The notes below the pieces were generated by a model. The model did not search any database. It was not told where the DNA came from and saw nothing but the letters and a program-made list of their open reading frames with translations. Of a stretch of 64,000 nucleotides of DNA, positions 39,754 through 50,134 are shown piece after piece. Within the stretch, counting starts at the first letter, position 1; each line of letters opens with the position of its first letter. A program made the position numbers and the translations under genes. This stretch comes from Nitrosopumilus sp. (GTDB lineage: Archaea > Thermoproteota > Nitrososphaeria > Nitrososphaerales > Nitrosopumilaceae), in the NCBI GenBank assembly GCA_965197525.1, contig OZ240211.1, positions 1,088,001 to 1,152,000 of the forward strand. Reading direction: 5' to 3'.

Positions 39754-41150
39754 ACTGCCAGCTTTTTCATCAGATATAAAACTCGTTCAGAGTCACCAAG
39801 TTTGAGTTTTTGACGTATATCAAAAAAATCACTAAATGCTTTCTCAAAGGTCTCCCCAGTATAATCAGCAAAGATATCCTCTCGTGTTACAAGTAATCTG
39901 CTTATCTGAGAGTCAGATTTTGGAATAAATTCAATTATCAAGAATCGGGATACTATTGTTTTAAAGAATGTGGCAATCCTATATAACGGAAGATTGTTGC
40001 TGATTGCCAAGTGATGTATCAGGGCCAAAGCCATAACCGTATCTGCAGGCCCTCTATCAACAAACGACTTTCTCTCTGAATTGGCCCACCCCACGCTGGG
40101 GCTAGGATTAGTCAAGTCAAGTAACAGTGGCAGAATATTAGCATCTCTATCTTTTTGTGCACTCAAAAAGTTCTGTTCCACTGCTGCAGGGTCAATGTCA
40201 AATGATACGGTAAAAATCCCTTTAGAGGTGGCAGTCCTACTAAACACACCAGTATTCGCACCTAGATCCCACACAACAGAGGGTTTTACATCATCGAGCC
40301 AATCAGATACAACCCTCTTTTTTTGCTCAAACCCCTGTTCAGAATAGTTCGTATCAGAGTAATAATCGGCCCATTGGGTCCCCTTGGGAGACCAATTCAA
40401 TTTTTGTATCCCGGAATGTAGACTGGAGACTAACCCAACGAACTGATTCTTGGACAATTTTTTCTGTTTTGCGATTTTGACTTTTTTATCCCCGTAATGT
40501 TTCTGACTTTTTGCATGGGCATGAATGTGTGCTAGCAACGAATATGAGAGAAACATCTTGGTAGGTAAAAGAGCACTTGCCATATCAAGTGGAATACCGT
40601 CTACATAGTTTCGTAGCAGTTGACTGAGGCGTATATCCTTGTGGGCCATCAATGCAAGGGGGGCAAGAAAATGAGAGCAGAACTGTTTGTACGCCTTCCA
40701 GATATCACCTTCCTTGTACATCTCAAAGGATAAAGTATCAATTAGAATGGGTTTACAGTCTTTGAATTGAATGTTGTATGCACTGCTGTCTTTTAGTGTC
40801 ATTCCAAAATCCATAGCAATGCTTTGAATCTCAAGTGTGGCTAGTGCAGCCTGTTTTAACTGGCTGAATGACCATTCGTAAGGATATGATACAAATGGAA
40901 TTATGGAGGGTTTGATTATTTTAAAAGACTTGTCTTTATTGTGAATGGGAGTAACAACATCTGATGTTTCGTGGGGTACAAGCAGGTGGGATTCCACTAG
41001 TTTCTCATAAAGACCAGAGGTCATCAGATGCTCATAATCTTCTTTGTAGGACGAGTTGATTTGGCGGTACAGCGTATCACCAGAATAAAATAAAAAGCCG
41101 CTGGGATCTCTAAAGGAACTGGGTTCAAAGTGGTGTGAGGGTACAGACAA
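39750..41150 (-). CDS. SAM-dependent methyltransferase, NoeA-like
   Basis: SFRDPSG, SYPYEWSF, VWDLGANTG, ALALIHHLAI. Confidence 0.8.
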   Translation of the reverse strand: MSVPSHHFEPSSFRDPSGFLFYSGDTLYRQINSSYKEDYEHLMTSGLYEKLVESHLLVPHETSDVVTPIHNKDKSFKIIKPSIIPFVSYPYEWSFSQLKQAALATLEIQSIAMDFGMTLKDSSAYNIQFKDCKPILIDTLSFEMYKEGDIWKAYKQFCSHFLAPLALMAHKDIRLSQLLRNYVDGIPLDMASALLPTKMFLSYSLLAHIHAHAKSQKHYGDKKVKIAKQKKLSKNQFVGLVSSLHSGIQKLNWSPKGTQWADYYSDTNYSEQGFEQKKRVVSDWLDDVKPSVVWDLGANTGVFSRTATSKGIFTVSFDIDPAAVEQNFLSAQKDRDANILPLLLDLTNPSPSVGWANSERKSFVDRGPADTVMALALIHHLAISNNLPLYRIATFFKTIVSRFLIIEFIPKSDSQISRLLVTREDIFADYTGETFEKAFSDFFDIRQKLKLGDSERVLYLMKKLAV

Positions 41151-41151
41151 T

Positions 41152-41367
41152 TTAGTTCTTGATGAATTTCTCTTTAATCTTGTGCCAATAAATCTTCAGA
41201 GTAATGCCAACGCCTGCTAGCGCGCCAATTAACATTTGAATTATCACACTTCCACTACCAGGGTCCAAGTATGCGTATGCCTCTGTAACAAAGAATCCTC
41301 GGAATAGTAGGGCTAACGTAAAGATAGGTAAAACAGTATAAAGATAGTTATGTGCTCTGATCATCAA
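41152..41367 (-). CDS. Small membrane protein with a YLDPGSGS motif
   Basis: Signal-like N-terminus, AYAYLDPGSGSVIIQML, one TM helix, basic tail; 1 bp from the next gene. Confidence 0.7.
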   Translation of the reverse strand: MMIRAHNYLYTVLPIFTLALLFRGFFVTEAYAYLDPGSGSVIIQMLIGALAGVGITLKIYWHKIKEKFIKN

Positions 41368-41793
41368 AGTGTAAAAAACTAGTAATTATTTAAACTATCA
41401 GTACAGACAAAGGTCCAAATTAGAATGATGTATTTCGAGACAAAAAGATATAGGAATTCAAGTAGAGAGTGTATCTGAACATAAAACAGAGCAAGTGACC
41501 TTAGGAGAGTGCAACTATATGTTTTGGCAGTCAACTTTTTGATGTAAATTTGAGCTAGTTTGCAACAAGTTATTGTGTTTTTACAAGGTTATAGCAGAAC
41601 TTGGTCTGCGATGATCCTAGATAAAAATTACAAGATGGTAGAAACTAGCTGTTGGCATCATTGATTATTTTTAATAATTCTAGAGACGTGCCGGCAGGAC
41701 AGTTAGACTGGTAGTATATGACATACATTTAATGTTACGTGTCAAGACAGACCCCATAGTGATATTTTTATTGATATAGTCAAAATGTGTGTT

Positions 41794-42712
41794 ATGAAGA
41801 TAATTCATGTAGGCTCTCATGCAGGCGTTCCTGGGATACTTGCCAAGTATCAGAGGGAGACGCATGATGTCGAACTAGTCTACAAGGATTTGGATATCCT
41901 GGGGGGACGTGCAGTTACTATGGATATACAGGATACAAGTCGTCCATTGACCCGTTGGTGCAAAGAGTGCGTATGTGGCGACACGGCAGGACATCAGAGA
42001 AGGTAGGTGGCGGGAACAGTGGTGGAATACAGCAAGGAAGACAGGTAGCCAACCACGGGTATCACAAAGAGATACGTAACAGGTGCAAAGGTTGCAAGGG
42101 GGTCATACATGTACATGGTGCGTATGCCCTCTTGCCAATGATTCGCAAGGTAGCCCCTGATGCGGGTATCGTTATTCATTATCATGGAACGGATCGTCGT
42201 ACAGGTAAACCAGAAGAGTTGGAGCGGTATGAGAGATACGCAGATTGTGTGCTGGTATCCACCACTGACTTGTTACAAAGATGATCATGCACAATGGGTT
42301 CGCAACCCGATAGACTTGGATCATTTCAAACAGGGTTGACAAACCAGAAGAGTGTGATACTGCATTGTGTATCGTGTGGCTGGCAACTGACACCAAAGAG
42401 GCAGCACGCAGGGAGTTGGACAGGGTACGGCCGGAACTGGGGTTACACTATCATAATAGGTTGGAGAGTCCGATACCATACAAGGACATGCCCCGGATGC
42501 TTGCACGGTACGGGTACTATTTGGATGTAAAGGGTTTGGGCGGGGCGTTGAACATGATTGCAAACTCTATGATCGGGTTGCAGGCGCAAGCTGTTGGCAG
42601 GCCTGTATTTTTTAACGGAAAGGTTGTTTGTGGGAAGCATGTGCTACATGACGGTAGCAAGGCGGTAGAACGGTTAGATGAAATATACAGTGGAATAAAA
42701 CGAAATCTGTAA
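41794..42712 (+). pseudogene. Frameshifted glycosyltransferase-like (GT-B) gene
   Basis: Consecutive fragments MKIIHVGSHAGVPGILAKYQ / IHYHGTD...VLVSTTDL / IPYKDMP...GLQAQAVG in different frames. Confidence 0.5.
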
Positions 42713-42950
42713 GCTAGATTTGATATTTAGGTGTATAAAACATCTTACTGTCTGTTGGTTTGTAAACGAGTAATATGACTTTAATTTATAGAATTTCCGA
42801 TAATAAGAGTAGGTTTACTGCAGTTGTTCCTCCTTCTGTGCATCTATTACAACCTGCTGTCATAGTGGAACGACGCAAAAAACACGTGTTGTGTGTCTAG
42901 CGTATGCTGTGCAACCATACAACGTTTTGACGCAAGATACATCTCATCAG

Positions 42951-43054
42951 ATCTTGCTGCAAAAAAAATCCGCCATATACAGGAAGTCAAAAGCAATAAA
43001 ATGCAGATAAAATGACATCCAATAGGCTTGAAAAACTAAGATTTGGATAACACC
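42951..43054 (+). repeat. 104-bp inverted repeat, left copy (3' end of an IS5-like element)
   Basis: 90/104 ungapped identity to the reverse complement of 47421-47524; encodes ...HIQEVKSNKMQIK* then a terminus. Confidence 0.85.
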
Positions 43055-43158
43055 ACACTTGAGCAAATTTTTATAACATGCCTGATTACTTTCCTACTTC
43101 TTTTCTACTTGTATCCAAGAGATTAGATAAGATCTTTCAGCGATAGTTTTAAACAAAT

Positions 43159-44328
43159 GTGATTTTCACGTCATATATGGATAATGAAACCGCTCCTTTT
43201 ACAGATTTGCCTCAAGCATTAGTAGAACAGATGTTCAGTGTTTCAAAAGAACTAGCTTCAGGGTTAGCTACGCATATTTCTCAAATTCAAAACAAGCGAG
43301 AAGATCTACGTACCAATCTTGAAGAGAGCATACGTCATGAATCAGAAATAATTGCGACGCAGCATTTTCCCACTACAGCTGGCGTGGATGGATCATATTG
43401 TGCAGATAAGCTTCTCGCAACAGATTTTGTAGCTATGGCAGCAGTTGCAGTAGAAGGATTAGTGCCACCAAAATTAAAAGAACCATTATGGCCTAAACCG
43501 CATCATTTCGTAAATGTTGAAAGTTTAACACATGATGAAGCAAGTTTGATTTGGGCAAAAGCTATAATGTTTTCAATGGAAGTTCAATTATCCGCATTAG
43601 CTCCACATGATGTAGTATTTCTAGATGGATCGTTAACGACCCTTTCAATTGCATTTAACCAAGCATTTGGACATTCTACTCCTGAAACATTACGTAATTT
43701 TTTGATAGAAGGAGATTTAAAAAAATATTCAGACGATAGAGAAAAATTTGCATCGGTTGAAATTACCTTGGAAAAATATAGTGAAATTTTGTCAGGAAAA
43801 CGAACAGACAAGATCACGGCAGCCATTCCAAAGTATAGTAGGCGAAATGAAATTTGTGAAAGTATTGGAATTTCAGATTATGATGACAGGGGACTGCTCT
43901 CACTAATTCTAAATCCAGGGGAGTTTACAAATCCTATGCCGATGATAAAAGAAGGGGGTGGAAAATGGTTCACTTCTAAATTACCAGAAACAGTAAGGAA
44001 GACTATCGAAGACATAGAGTATTTGTTGAGCCGTGCGTACGTAATTTATTATAAACCATTCAAACATTTTCCAGCAATTAGAATGGAAGTGAGTGAAACA
44101 GTAGCAAAAAATGATAATAGGTTAGCTATGCTGCTATCAGGGATAAGAGTGCAGTCTGGAACTCCAGGGATGATGGAACCATATCCAACTTATCTTGCAG
44201 ATAAAATGGTAAGACATCTCTCAACAGCGTTACCTGCAATGAAAGGCTTATCAATAACAGAAATAGCATCAGAATGGAAAGGCAACATAGGAGATGTGTA
44301 TTTATCCACACATAGTTACAGGACTTGA
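43159..44328 (+). CDS. NurA-domain nuclease (accessory copy)
   Basis: TAGVDGS and VVFLDGSL catalytic motifs, EPYPTYLAD; divergent from the canonical NurA. Confidence 0.85.
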   Translation: MIFTSYMDNETAPFTDLPQALVEQMFSVSKELASGLATHISQIQNKREDLRTNLEESIRHESEIIATQHFPTTAGVDGSYCADKLLATDFVAMAAVAVEGLVPPKLKEPLWPKPHHFVNVESLTHDEASLIWAKAIMFSMEVQLSALAPHDVVFLDGSLTTLSIAFNQAFGHSTPETLRNFLIEGDLKKYSDDREKFASVEITLEKYSEILSGKRTDKITAAIPKYSRRNEICESIGISDYDDRGLLSLILNPGEFTNPMPMIKEGGGKWFTSKLPETVRKTIEDIEYLLSRAYVIYYKPFKHFPAIRMEVSETVAKNDNRLAMLLSGIRVQSGTPGMMEPYPTYLADKMVRHLSTALPAMKGLSITEIASEWKGNIGDVYLSTHSYRT

Positions 44329-44332
44329 TATC

Positions 44333-46114
44333 ATGAACGATTTAGAACAAGCAGTGGATAACGGGGAAAAAATCGGAGTAATTGGTTCGCCGTCACGTAC
44401 TTCAAGACTGTCATTAGATATTTTGGGCACTGCCGTAGAAAAGCGATTAGTTGGGACAATTTCTGTTTTTAAATATAGACAGAACGATAGTGTGAATTTT
44501 GCATTGGGGCAAATTACAGAAGTGACTCTTTCAAATCAATTTGCACAAGACCCGATTATGAGGGGACTAATTAGACAGAGAGGAAGTGTAGAACCAATTA
44601 CAAAACAGCAGGATATTCACATGGCAGAAATGATGGTAAGTGCAGTTTTTGAGGAAAGCAATAAAGGATTAGAACAAAGCTCGCTAGATACAATTCCTTC
44701 CACAGGCACTCCAATTAAACTGATTAATCAAGACATCATGAGCCAAATTGTTGCACCATACGAAAAGGACCTTTCAATAGTTGGTAAAGTGTTTGGTAAT
44801 GAAGTGTTAATGCCTAGCTGGTTCAGACATTTTGGAAGAGCTTCAGAAGGCGGTATTGGTGATGCAATGCATTTAGGAATTTTTGGAAAAACAGGTTCAG
44901 GAAAATCAGTATTGGGGAAAATGATATTGTTGTCATATATGAAACACAAACCAATGTCTATTTTAATTTTAGACCCCCAAGGGGAATTTTCAAAAATGGC
45001 ATTAGATGAAGACGTTTCAAAATTTGTTAAAGAATATTGTGGAAAGGAAATAGAGGTATATGATTTATCCCGATTGCTTTTAGTTTCTAAACATGATCTT
45101 TTTAAAAAAATTTTAGTGTCTTCCAATTTTCTTAGAAAACTCGGTATAAAACATCTGGATAATCAAATGGATGGAGCAGAACAAATTTTAAGAATATTGT
45201 TGCACAAATATGGCCATGCAGTTTCAAGTTCAATAACTGGAGAAGTTAAAATTTGGAAGGCGTATTCGAGAGAAGTTTTTGATCACGTTTGGGAAAGAAT
45301 ACAACACGTAGCATCTGGTAGAGGACCAAATCCTGCACACCCAGTAATCGATCATATCTACACTGCTACAGATACTCGAAATAGAATTTTAAATACTATG
45401 GACAGTGCCAATGAGGATGAATTTTATGAGTTATGGAGAAATGTTTTACATTTATTTGGAAGAGAAAATAAATATGAAGTGACACGATTGGATAAAGTTT
45501 TAGAAACGATTGGAAATAAAAAAAATGGGAAAATTGTCATTGTTAATTTATCCGACAATGGTGTCCCCGACGAGCTATTTTGGAATGAAAGAAGTCAATC
45601 CATAGCAATAAACCACATTTTAGAGAATCTTGTAGATATTGCAAAGATGAAATACAACCAAGGAGGAGATCTCAACACACTTGTTGTATTGGATGAAGCA
45701 CATCGTTTTGCGCCACGCCGTATTGAAGTTGATGATGAAGAAATAGAAGAATTAAGGCATACTCTACGAGATGCAGTTAGAACGACCAGAAAATACAAAT
45801 TAGGATGGATGTTTATCAGTCAAACTTTGGCCAGTTTAGATAAGGAAATTATCAATCAGTTAAGGATGTATTTTTTTGGACATGGTCTTGCTTGGGGTAC
45901 GGAATTAGAGGCGTTACGACAGTTGATTGGAGGAAATTCATCGGCTCAGAAACTATATCAGCAGTTTAAAGATCCTGAAAGTAGCATAGGTGAAAAAAAA
46001 TATTCTTTTATGGGCATTGGGCCTTCATCACCCCTGTCATTCTCACAGGTGCCGTTATTCTTCAATTCATTAGATTTTCCAAAAGAATACTTATCAAATA
46101 ATAAAACGGAGTAG
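44333..46114 (+). CDS. HerA-like ATPase (accessory copy; ATG 44333 preferred over 44294)
   Basis: IGVIGSPS HAS-barrel start, GIFGKTGSGKS, LVVLDEAHRF, RTTRKYKLGWMFISQ. Confidence 0.9.
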   Translation: MNDLEQAVDNGEKIGVIGSPSRTSRLSLDILGTAVEKRLVGTISVFKYRQNDSVNFALGQITEVTLSNQFAQDPIMRGLIRQRGSVEPITKQQDIHMAEMMVSAVFEESNKGLEQSSLDTIPSTGTPIKLINQDIMSQIVAPYEKDLSIVGKVFGNEVLMPSWFRHFGRASEGGIGDAMHLGIFGKTGSGKSVLGKMILLSYMKHKPMSILILDPQGEFSKMALDEDVSKFVKEYCGKEIEVYDLSRLLLVSKHDLFKKILVSSNFLRKLGIKHLDNQMDGAEQILRILLHKYGHAVSSSITGEVKIWKAYSREVFDHVWERIQHVASGRGPNPAHPVIDHIYTATDTRNRILNTMDSANEDEFYELWRNVLHLFGRENKYEVTRLDKVLETIGNKKNGKIVIVNLSDNGVPDELFWNERSQSIAINHILENLVDIAKMKYNQGGDLNTLVVLDEAHRFAPRRIEVDDEEIEELRHTLRDAVRTTRKYKLGWMFISQTLASLDKEIINQLRMYFFGHGLAWGTELEALRQLIGGNSSAQKLYQQFKDPESSIGEKKYSFMGIGPSSPLSFSQVPLFFNSLDFPKEYLSNNKTE

Positions 46115-46119
46115 AACTG

Positions 46120-47337
46120 TTGATACGGCACCATCTTAATGTAGTGGATTTATTTGCAGGATGTGGAGCATTAAGTGCAGGATTTAACAATGTTGAAAAT
46201 AATCCATATAATGTTGTTTTGGCAAATGAAATCGATCCGCATGCAGCAAAGGCATATGAATTGAATCACCCTTCAACAGAAATGTTTTTGGATGACGTTA
46301 AACAATTAACTCAAAAAAAAATACGATTGATAACAGGATTAAAGAAAAATGAAATCGATGTAGTTATTGGCGGGCCGCCATGTCAAGGTTTTTCCGCAGC
46401 GGGCAATAGATTTGAAAACGACCCACGAAATAAATATTTTCTAGAATTTATAAGATTGATCAAAGAACTAAATCCTACAGTTTCAGTATTAGAAAATGTT
46501 CCTCAATTTCTGACTACAGCAAATGGCAGATACGCAAAAATATTTTCAAAATTAATGAGCAAACTTGGATATAAGACAAGAATCACAGTGTTATTAGCTA
46601 GTGACTACGGAATACCTCAAGTTAGAAAACGAGCTATTTGTATCTCTGTAAAAAACAATTTTAAAGATGAAATTACTTTTCCTGCACCCACTCATGAAAA
46701 AATTCTTAATGCACATTTAATTCAAAAAGGAAACCTTGAAGGAATCGCGCGTCAAGAAGATTCAAACCTAGAAAAGTTTGTATCAATTAGTGATACTATA
46801 GCGGATTTACCCAAATTAAATCCAAAAAATACAAATGAAACCAACTATTCAAAAAAGCCATTTTCAGATTATCAAAAAGAGCGAAGGAAAAAATCTAAAA
46901 ATATTTCTCATCACGAATACTGGGGACATTCTAAATTATTGTTAAAGTACATCTCAAAAATTCCTGAGGGTGGACGAATGATCGAAACATATTCGGAAGA
47001 CATGTGGAAAGGGAAAGGTTTCGGACAAGCTTATGGACGTTTACATAGAAATGGAGTAGGACAAACCATCACTACTTTCTTCCACAATCCTGGGTCTGGT
47101 CGTTTTATACACTATCGAGATTTACGTGCAATTTCAGTCAGAGAAGCAGCAAGAATTCAAGGATTTGACGATAATTTTATTTTTTATGGAAGTAAAACTC
47201 AACAAGAAAAACAAGTAGGTAATGCAGTACCTCCACTATTAGCACAAAAAATTGGAGAACATGTATATCAATCTATTTTTCTTAAAAAAACAGTACCTAT
47301 ACTGATAATCAAAAATTTATCGGTATGTAAATTTTAA
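46120..47337 (+). CDS. DNA (cytosine-5)-methyltransferase
   Basis: DLFAGCG, GGPPCQGFS, LENV, QVRKR, REAARIQGF, QVGNAVPP; TTG start 5 bp after the herA-like stop. Confidence 0.95.
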   Translation: MIRHHLNVVDLFAGCGALSAGFNNVENNPYNVVLANEIDPHAAKAYELNHPSTEMFLDDVKQLTQKKIRLITGLKKNEIDVVIGGPPCQGFSAAGNRFENDPRNKYFLEFIRLIKELNPTVSVLENVPQFLTTANGRYAKIFSKLMSKLGYKTRITVLLASDYGIPQVRKRAICISVKNNFKDEITFPAPTHEKILNAHLIQKGNLEGIARQEDSNLEKFVSISDTIADLPKLNPKNTNETNYSKKPFSDYQKERRKKSKNISHHEYWGHSKLLLKYISKIPEGGRMIETYSEDMWKGKGFGQAYGRLHRNGVGQTITTFFHNPGSGRFIHYRDLRAISVREAARIQGFDDNFIFYGSKTQQEKQVGNAVPPLLAQKIGEHVYQSIFLKKTVPILIIKNLSVCKF

Positions 47338-47420
47338 TAAACCGCAAACTGTATTGATCCCGGCATACCAAACTGATGTAACTATATGTGAAACAAGAAA
47401 GAAATTTAGATAGTAATCGG

Positions 47421-47524
47421 GGCGTTGTCCAAATCTTAGTTTTTCAAACCCATTGGATGTTATTTTATCTGCATTTTATTGCTTTTAACTTCCTGTATGT
47501 GATGGAATTTTCTCGTGGCAAGAT
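47421..47524 (-). repeat. 104-bp inverted repeat, right copy
   Basis: Reverse complement of 42951-43054 (90/104). Confidence 0.85.
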
Positions 47525-47849
47525 GTTCTTTGGCCAATCGCACTCCATTCCACATTAGAAAGGTGTCTGTATAATACAATCCAACATTACCATTACGTTA
47601 TCATGCCAAAAAATTAGTTATTACAACAAAACCAATACTAAGAACTCCACCTAATAGAACTATATCCCGAGCATTGTCAATTATTTCATTGAACATGAAT
47701 TAGATTCTATACTGTGATTAATAAATAGAGGGTTATAACTAAATAACCTATACATGAATTTAGCTGGTTATTCCATGGAAAGGACAGTTGTTGATGAAGT
47801 TACTGTCTTGATTTGCTAGATACTTATTAACATCATTTTAAATTGGTTC

Positions 47850-48299
47850 ATGGATGATCCTCATCATTGTAGGTGTTTTTTTGTCAAGGACACCCAATGT
47901 TTTGAAGATATTCTTCTAGATTTTGGTTTTCAAGATGAGCTGCAAGAAGATCATGGACAATTATATGGATATGTATTGCGAGTGAGTGACAAACTTCAAC
48001 ACCACATAAAGGTAATGCCTGATGGGAATATTGAATCAGAAATGGAACCTCCTCCTGCATATCCTGCAGCTCATATAAATCAAGAACATAGTTATTCAGC
48101 GCATAAAGAGACGAGGCAGGTTTTACGTCTAGCAAGAGTTGATTACGATGTAATTTCTCCAATACCTGACACCTGTAAAAACCGTAAAATAAAAAAACCA
48201 GACAGTCCTACGCACGCAGCTGAATTTGTCGTTGCAGGAATAATTGGGATTACAGCAGGTTATATTTTAAAAAAACTACTTGAAGACGATGAGGAATAG
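47850..48299 (+). CDS. Hypothetical protein with a C-terminal TM helix
   Basis: Coherent 149-aa ORF; hydrophobic C-terminus. Confidence 0.65.
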   Translation: MDDPHHCRCFFVKDTQCFEDILLDFGFQDELQEDHGQLYGYVLRVSDKLQHHIKVMPDGNIESEMEPPPAYPAAHINQEHSYSAHKETRQVLRLARVDYDVISPIPDTCKNRKIKKPDSPTHAAEFVVAGIIGITAGYILKKLLEDDEE

Positions 48300-48561
48300 G
48301 ACTTCACTGAAGATTCTTCTAACCTAAATATTTATCATAATTTATTGACAAATCATGTACGTCTTCGATATAAGAAATGTCCATGTAATGACAGTGTTCT
48401 CTTTGATTGCTTTTGGTGAATTGGGACATATCGCTTCTAAGATAAACACAGAATATGATAAAAGATGTGCGATAGCGTGTCTTGTTGCTTCTGATACGAG
48501 ATTTATCCATGCCTAAAATAGGTATACTTTTATCAACACATTCATTCAGTAGTTATTGGTC

Positions 48562-48930
48562 TTATGATTTTATTATATCATAGTATTTAGCTAACATCTG
48601 ATCGCTTGATAAATGAACATATGGATTAATTCTATCAACAAGTGACTTTATCACGTATTTGAGACATCGGTCTGCATCTTCTCTCGTAATTTATTTTCCG
48701 TTATGATAGTATTTGTTACGTTTATTTTTCAACTCCGTTAAGAGATCATAAGATTTTTCATCAATTGTCCTGAAATGCAAGAACTTCCAAAATATAGTCA
48801 AACGTCCAGTAATTCGAATTTATCAGTTTGCTTAAACGCTGTGAACCCATGTTCTTCTGGGATAGTAACGCATTCCAAGGATTAGAATAGTATCTCTCTC
48901 TATCACACTCCAGCTAATAATAAAATATGA
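48562..48930 (-). pseudogene. HEPN-like domain gene remnant
   Basis: Stitched frames SWSVIER / WTFDYILEVL / LKNKRNKYYH (R-x4-H) ...ITREDADRCL; internal stop and frameshifts. Confidence 0.4.
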
Positions 48931-49054
48931 TCTGGAGACGCCTGCTAGGGCGTTTGTAAGAAAGATGCCGGAATCAGGAACGATAATTATTGACAAGCAG
49001 ACAGGAGAGGAGTATCATGCAGAATAAAGGATGAACTAGTTTCAGGATACTGCA
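48931..49054 (+). mobile_element. IS481-like 3' remnant
   Basis: ETPARAFVRKMPESGTIIIDKQTGEEYHAE*, homologous to the 4454 and 9027 remnants. Confidence 0.55.
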
Positions 49055-49121
49055 AGCCTGTACATAAAGAAGAAAAGTAAACTGGGAATTGTATAACTCT
49101 AAAGGAAACTATTGTGATCGG

Positions 49122-49325
49122 TCAAATCATGCGTAACTCTTTTAGAATTTTTTCAAGTTTGTCAAACACGTGATCAGGGCATGGGTATTTTGGTGTTGAA
49201 CCAATCCTATTCCATGACGTGTGCTTGGTTTTCCCATGTCTTCTTTTGATATCTGCAATCCAGCATGTTTTAACCGTCTTGCCATAACGCTTCTTATAGA
49301 TTTCCTGTGCTTCCATATAGGTCAT
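49122..49325 (-). CDS. Small basic hypothetical protein (HTH-like)
   Basis: TY.E.Q...K..G..V...WIADIKR..G...CP pattern resembling a small domain I recall at the C-terminus of some RNA methyltransferases. Confidence 0.55.
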   Translation of the reverse strand: MTYMEAQEIYKKRYGKTVKTCWIADIKRRHGKTKHTSWNRIGSTPKYPCPDHVFDKLEKILKELRMI

Positions 49326-49390
49326 AAATAATGTAAGACGGAATAGATAAAAATGTAATAGGCTGCCTTGGTGTAAGATATAGCAATATC

Positions 49391-50107
49391 ATGCAACCTG
49401 ACAGCCCTCAACCAAGCGATCCTGCAATCACGAATCGACTGTCGCAGGCATGGGATGCGCTATATCGTAAAGGTAGATATCATGCAGAACACGCACTAGA
49501 CTTTACTGACGATATTCTAAAAGAGCTGCATGCCAATCCGGACCTGATTAGTGGTCGTGGACTCTATGTCGGGTGCGGGAATGGACGGAACTACTCCAAG
49601 CTAGCAGAGTCAGGATTGGATGTAACGGGACTGGATGTATCCGGGGTGGCACTAGCAGAGTTATCAAAAAGGTTACCACAGTACGCTGCCATGCTACACC
49701 AGTGTGATTTCTTGGATTACAGGCAAGAAGAACTGTTCCAATACGTCATAGCAATACAGGTATTCCAGCACGGGAACATGGACAGAGTAAACAGATATTT
49801 TGAAAAGGCATCCATGCTCCTAGAAAGAGACGGGCTGGTATTTCTACGCGTAAATGCCTCAAACACGGTAATACAATACGATCATGATGTAATTGAAGAG
49901 AATGATACCGTGGGATTTACCGTTCACTACATGGAAGGACCAAAGAAGGGATTGGATATACATTTCTTCTCCAAAGAAGAGATCTGTAGTCTTGTATCCA
50001 AAAACGATATGACTGTAGTACGGGAATTAAGAAATGTCACAACCAAACGAGTCTCTCCTCGTGTCGGCTCATGGTCACAGTGGGAACTGGTTGCAAGGAA
50101 GAATTAG
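49391..50107 (+). CDS. Class I SAM-dependent methyltransferase
   Basis: LYVGCGNGRN, GLDVS, CDFLD. Confidence 0.85.
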   Translation: MQPDSPQPSDPAITNRLSQAWDALYRKGRYHAEHALDFTDDILKELHANPDLISGRGLYVGCGNGRNYSKLAESGLDVTGLDVSGVALAELSKRLPQYAAMLHQCDFLDYRQEELFQYVIAIQVFQHGNMDRVNRYFEKASMLLERDGLVFLRVNASNTVIQYDHDVIEENDTVGFTVHYMEGPKKGLDIHFFSKEEICSLVSKNDMTVVRELRNVTTKRVSPRVGSWSQWELVARKN

Positions 50108-50134
50108 GACGGTATGAGTATTAATGAAATCAAT

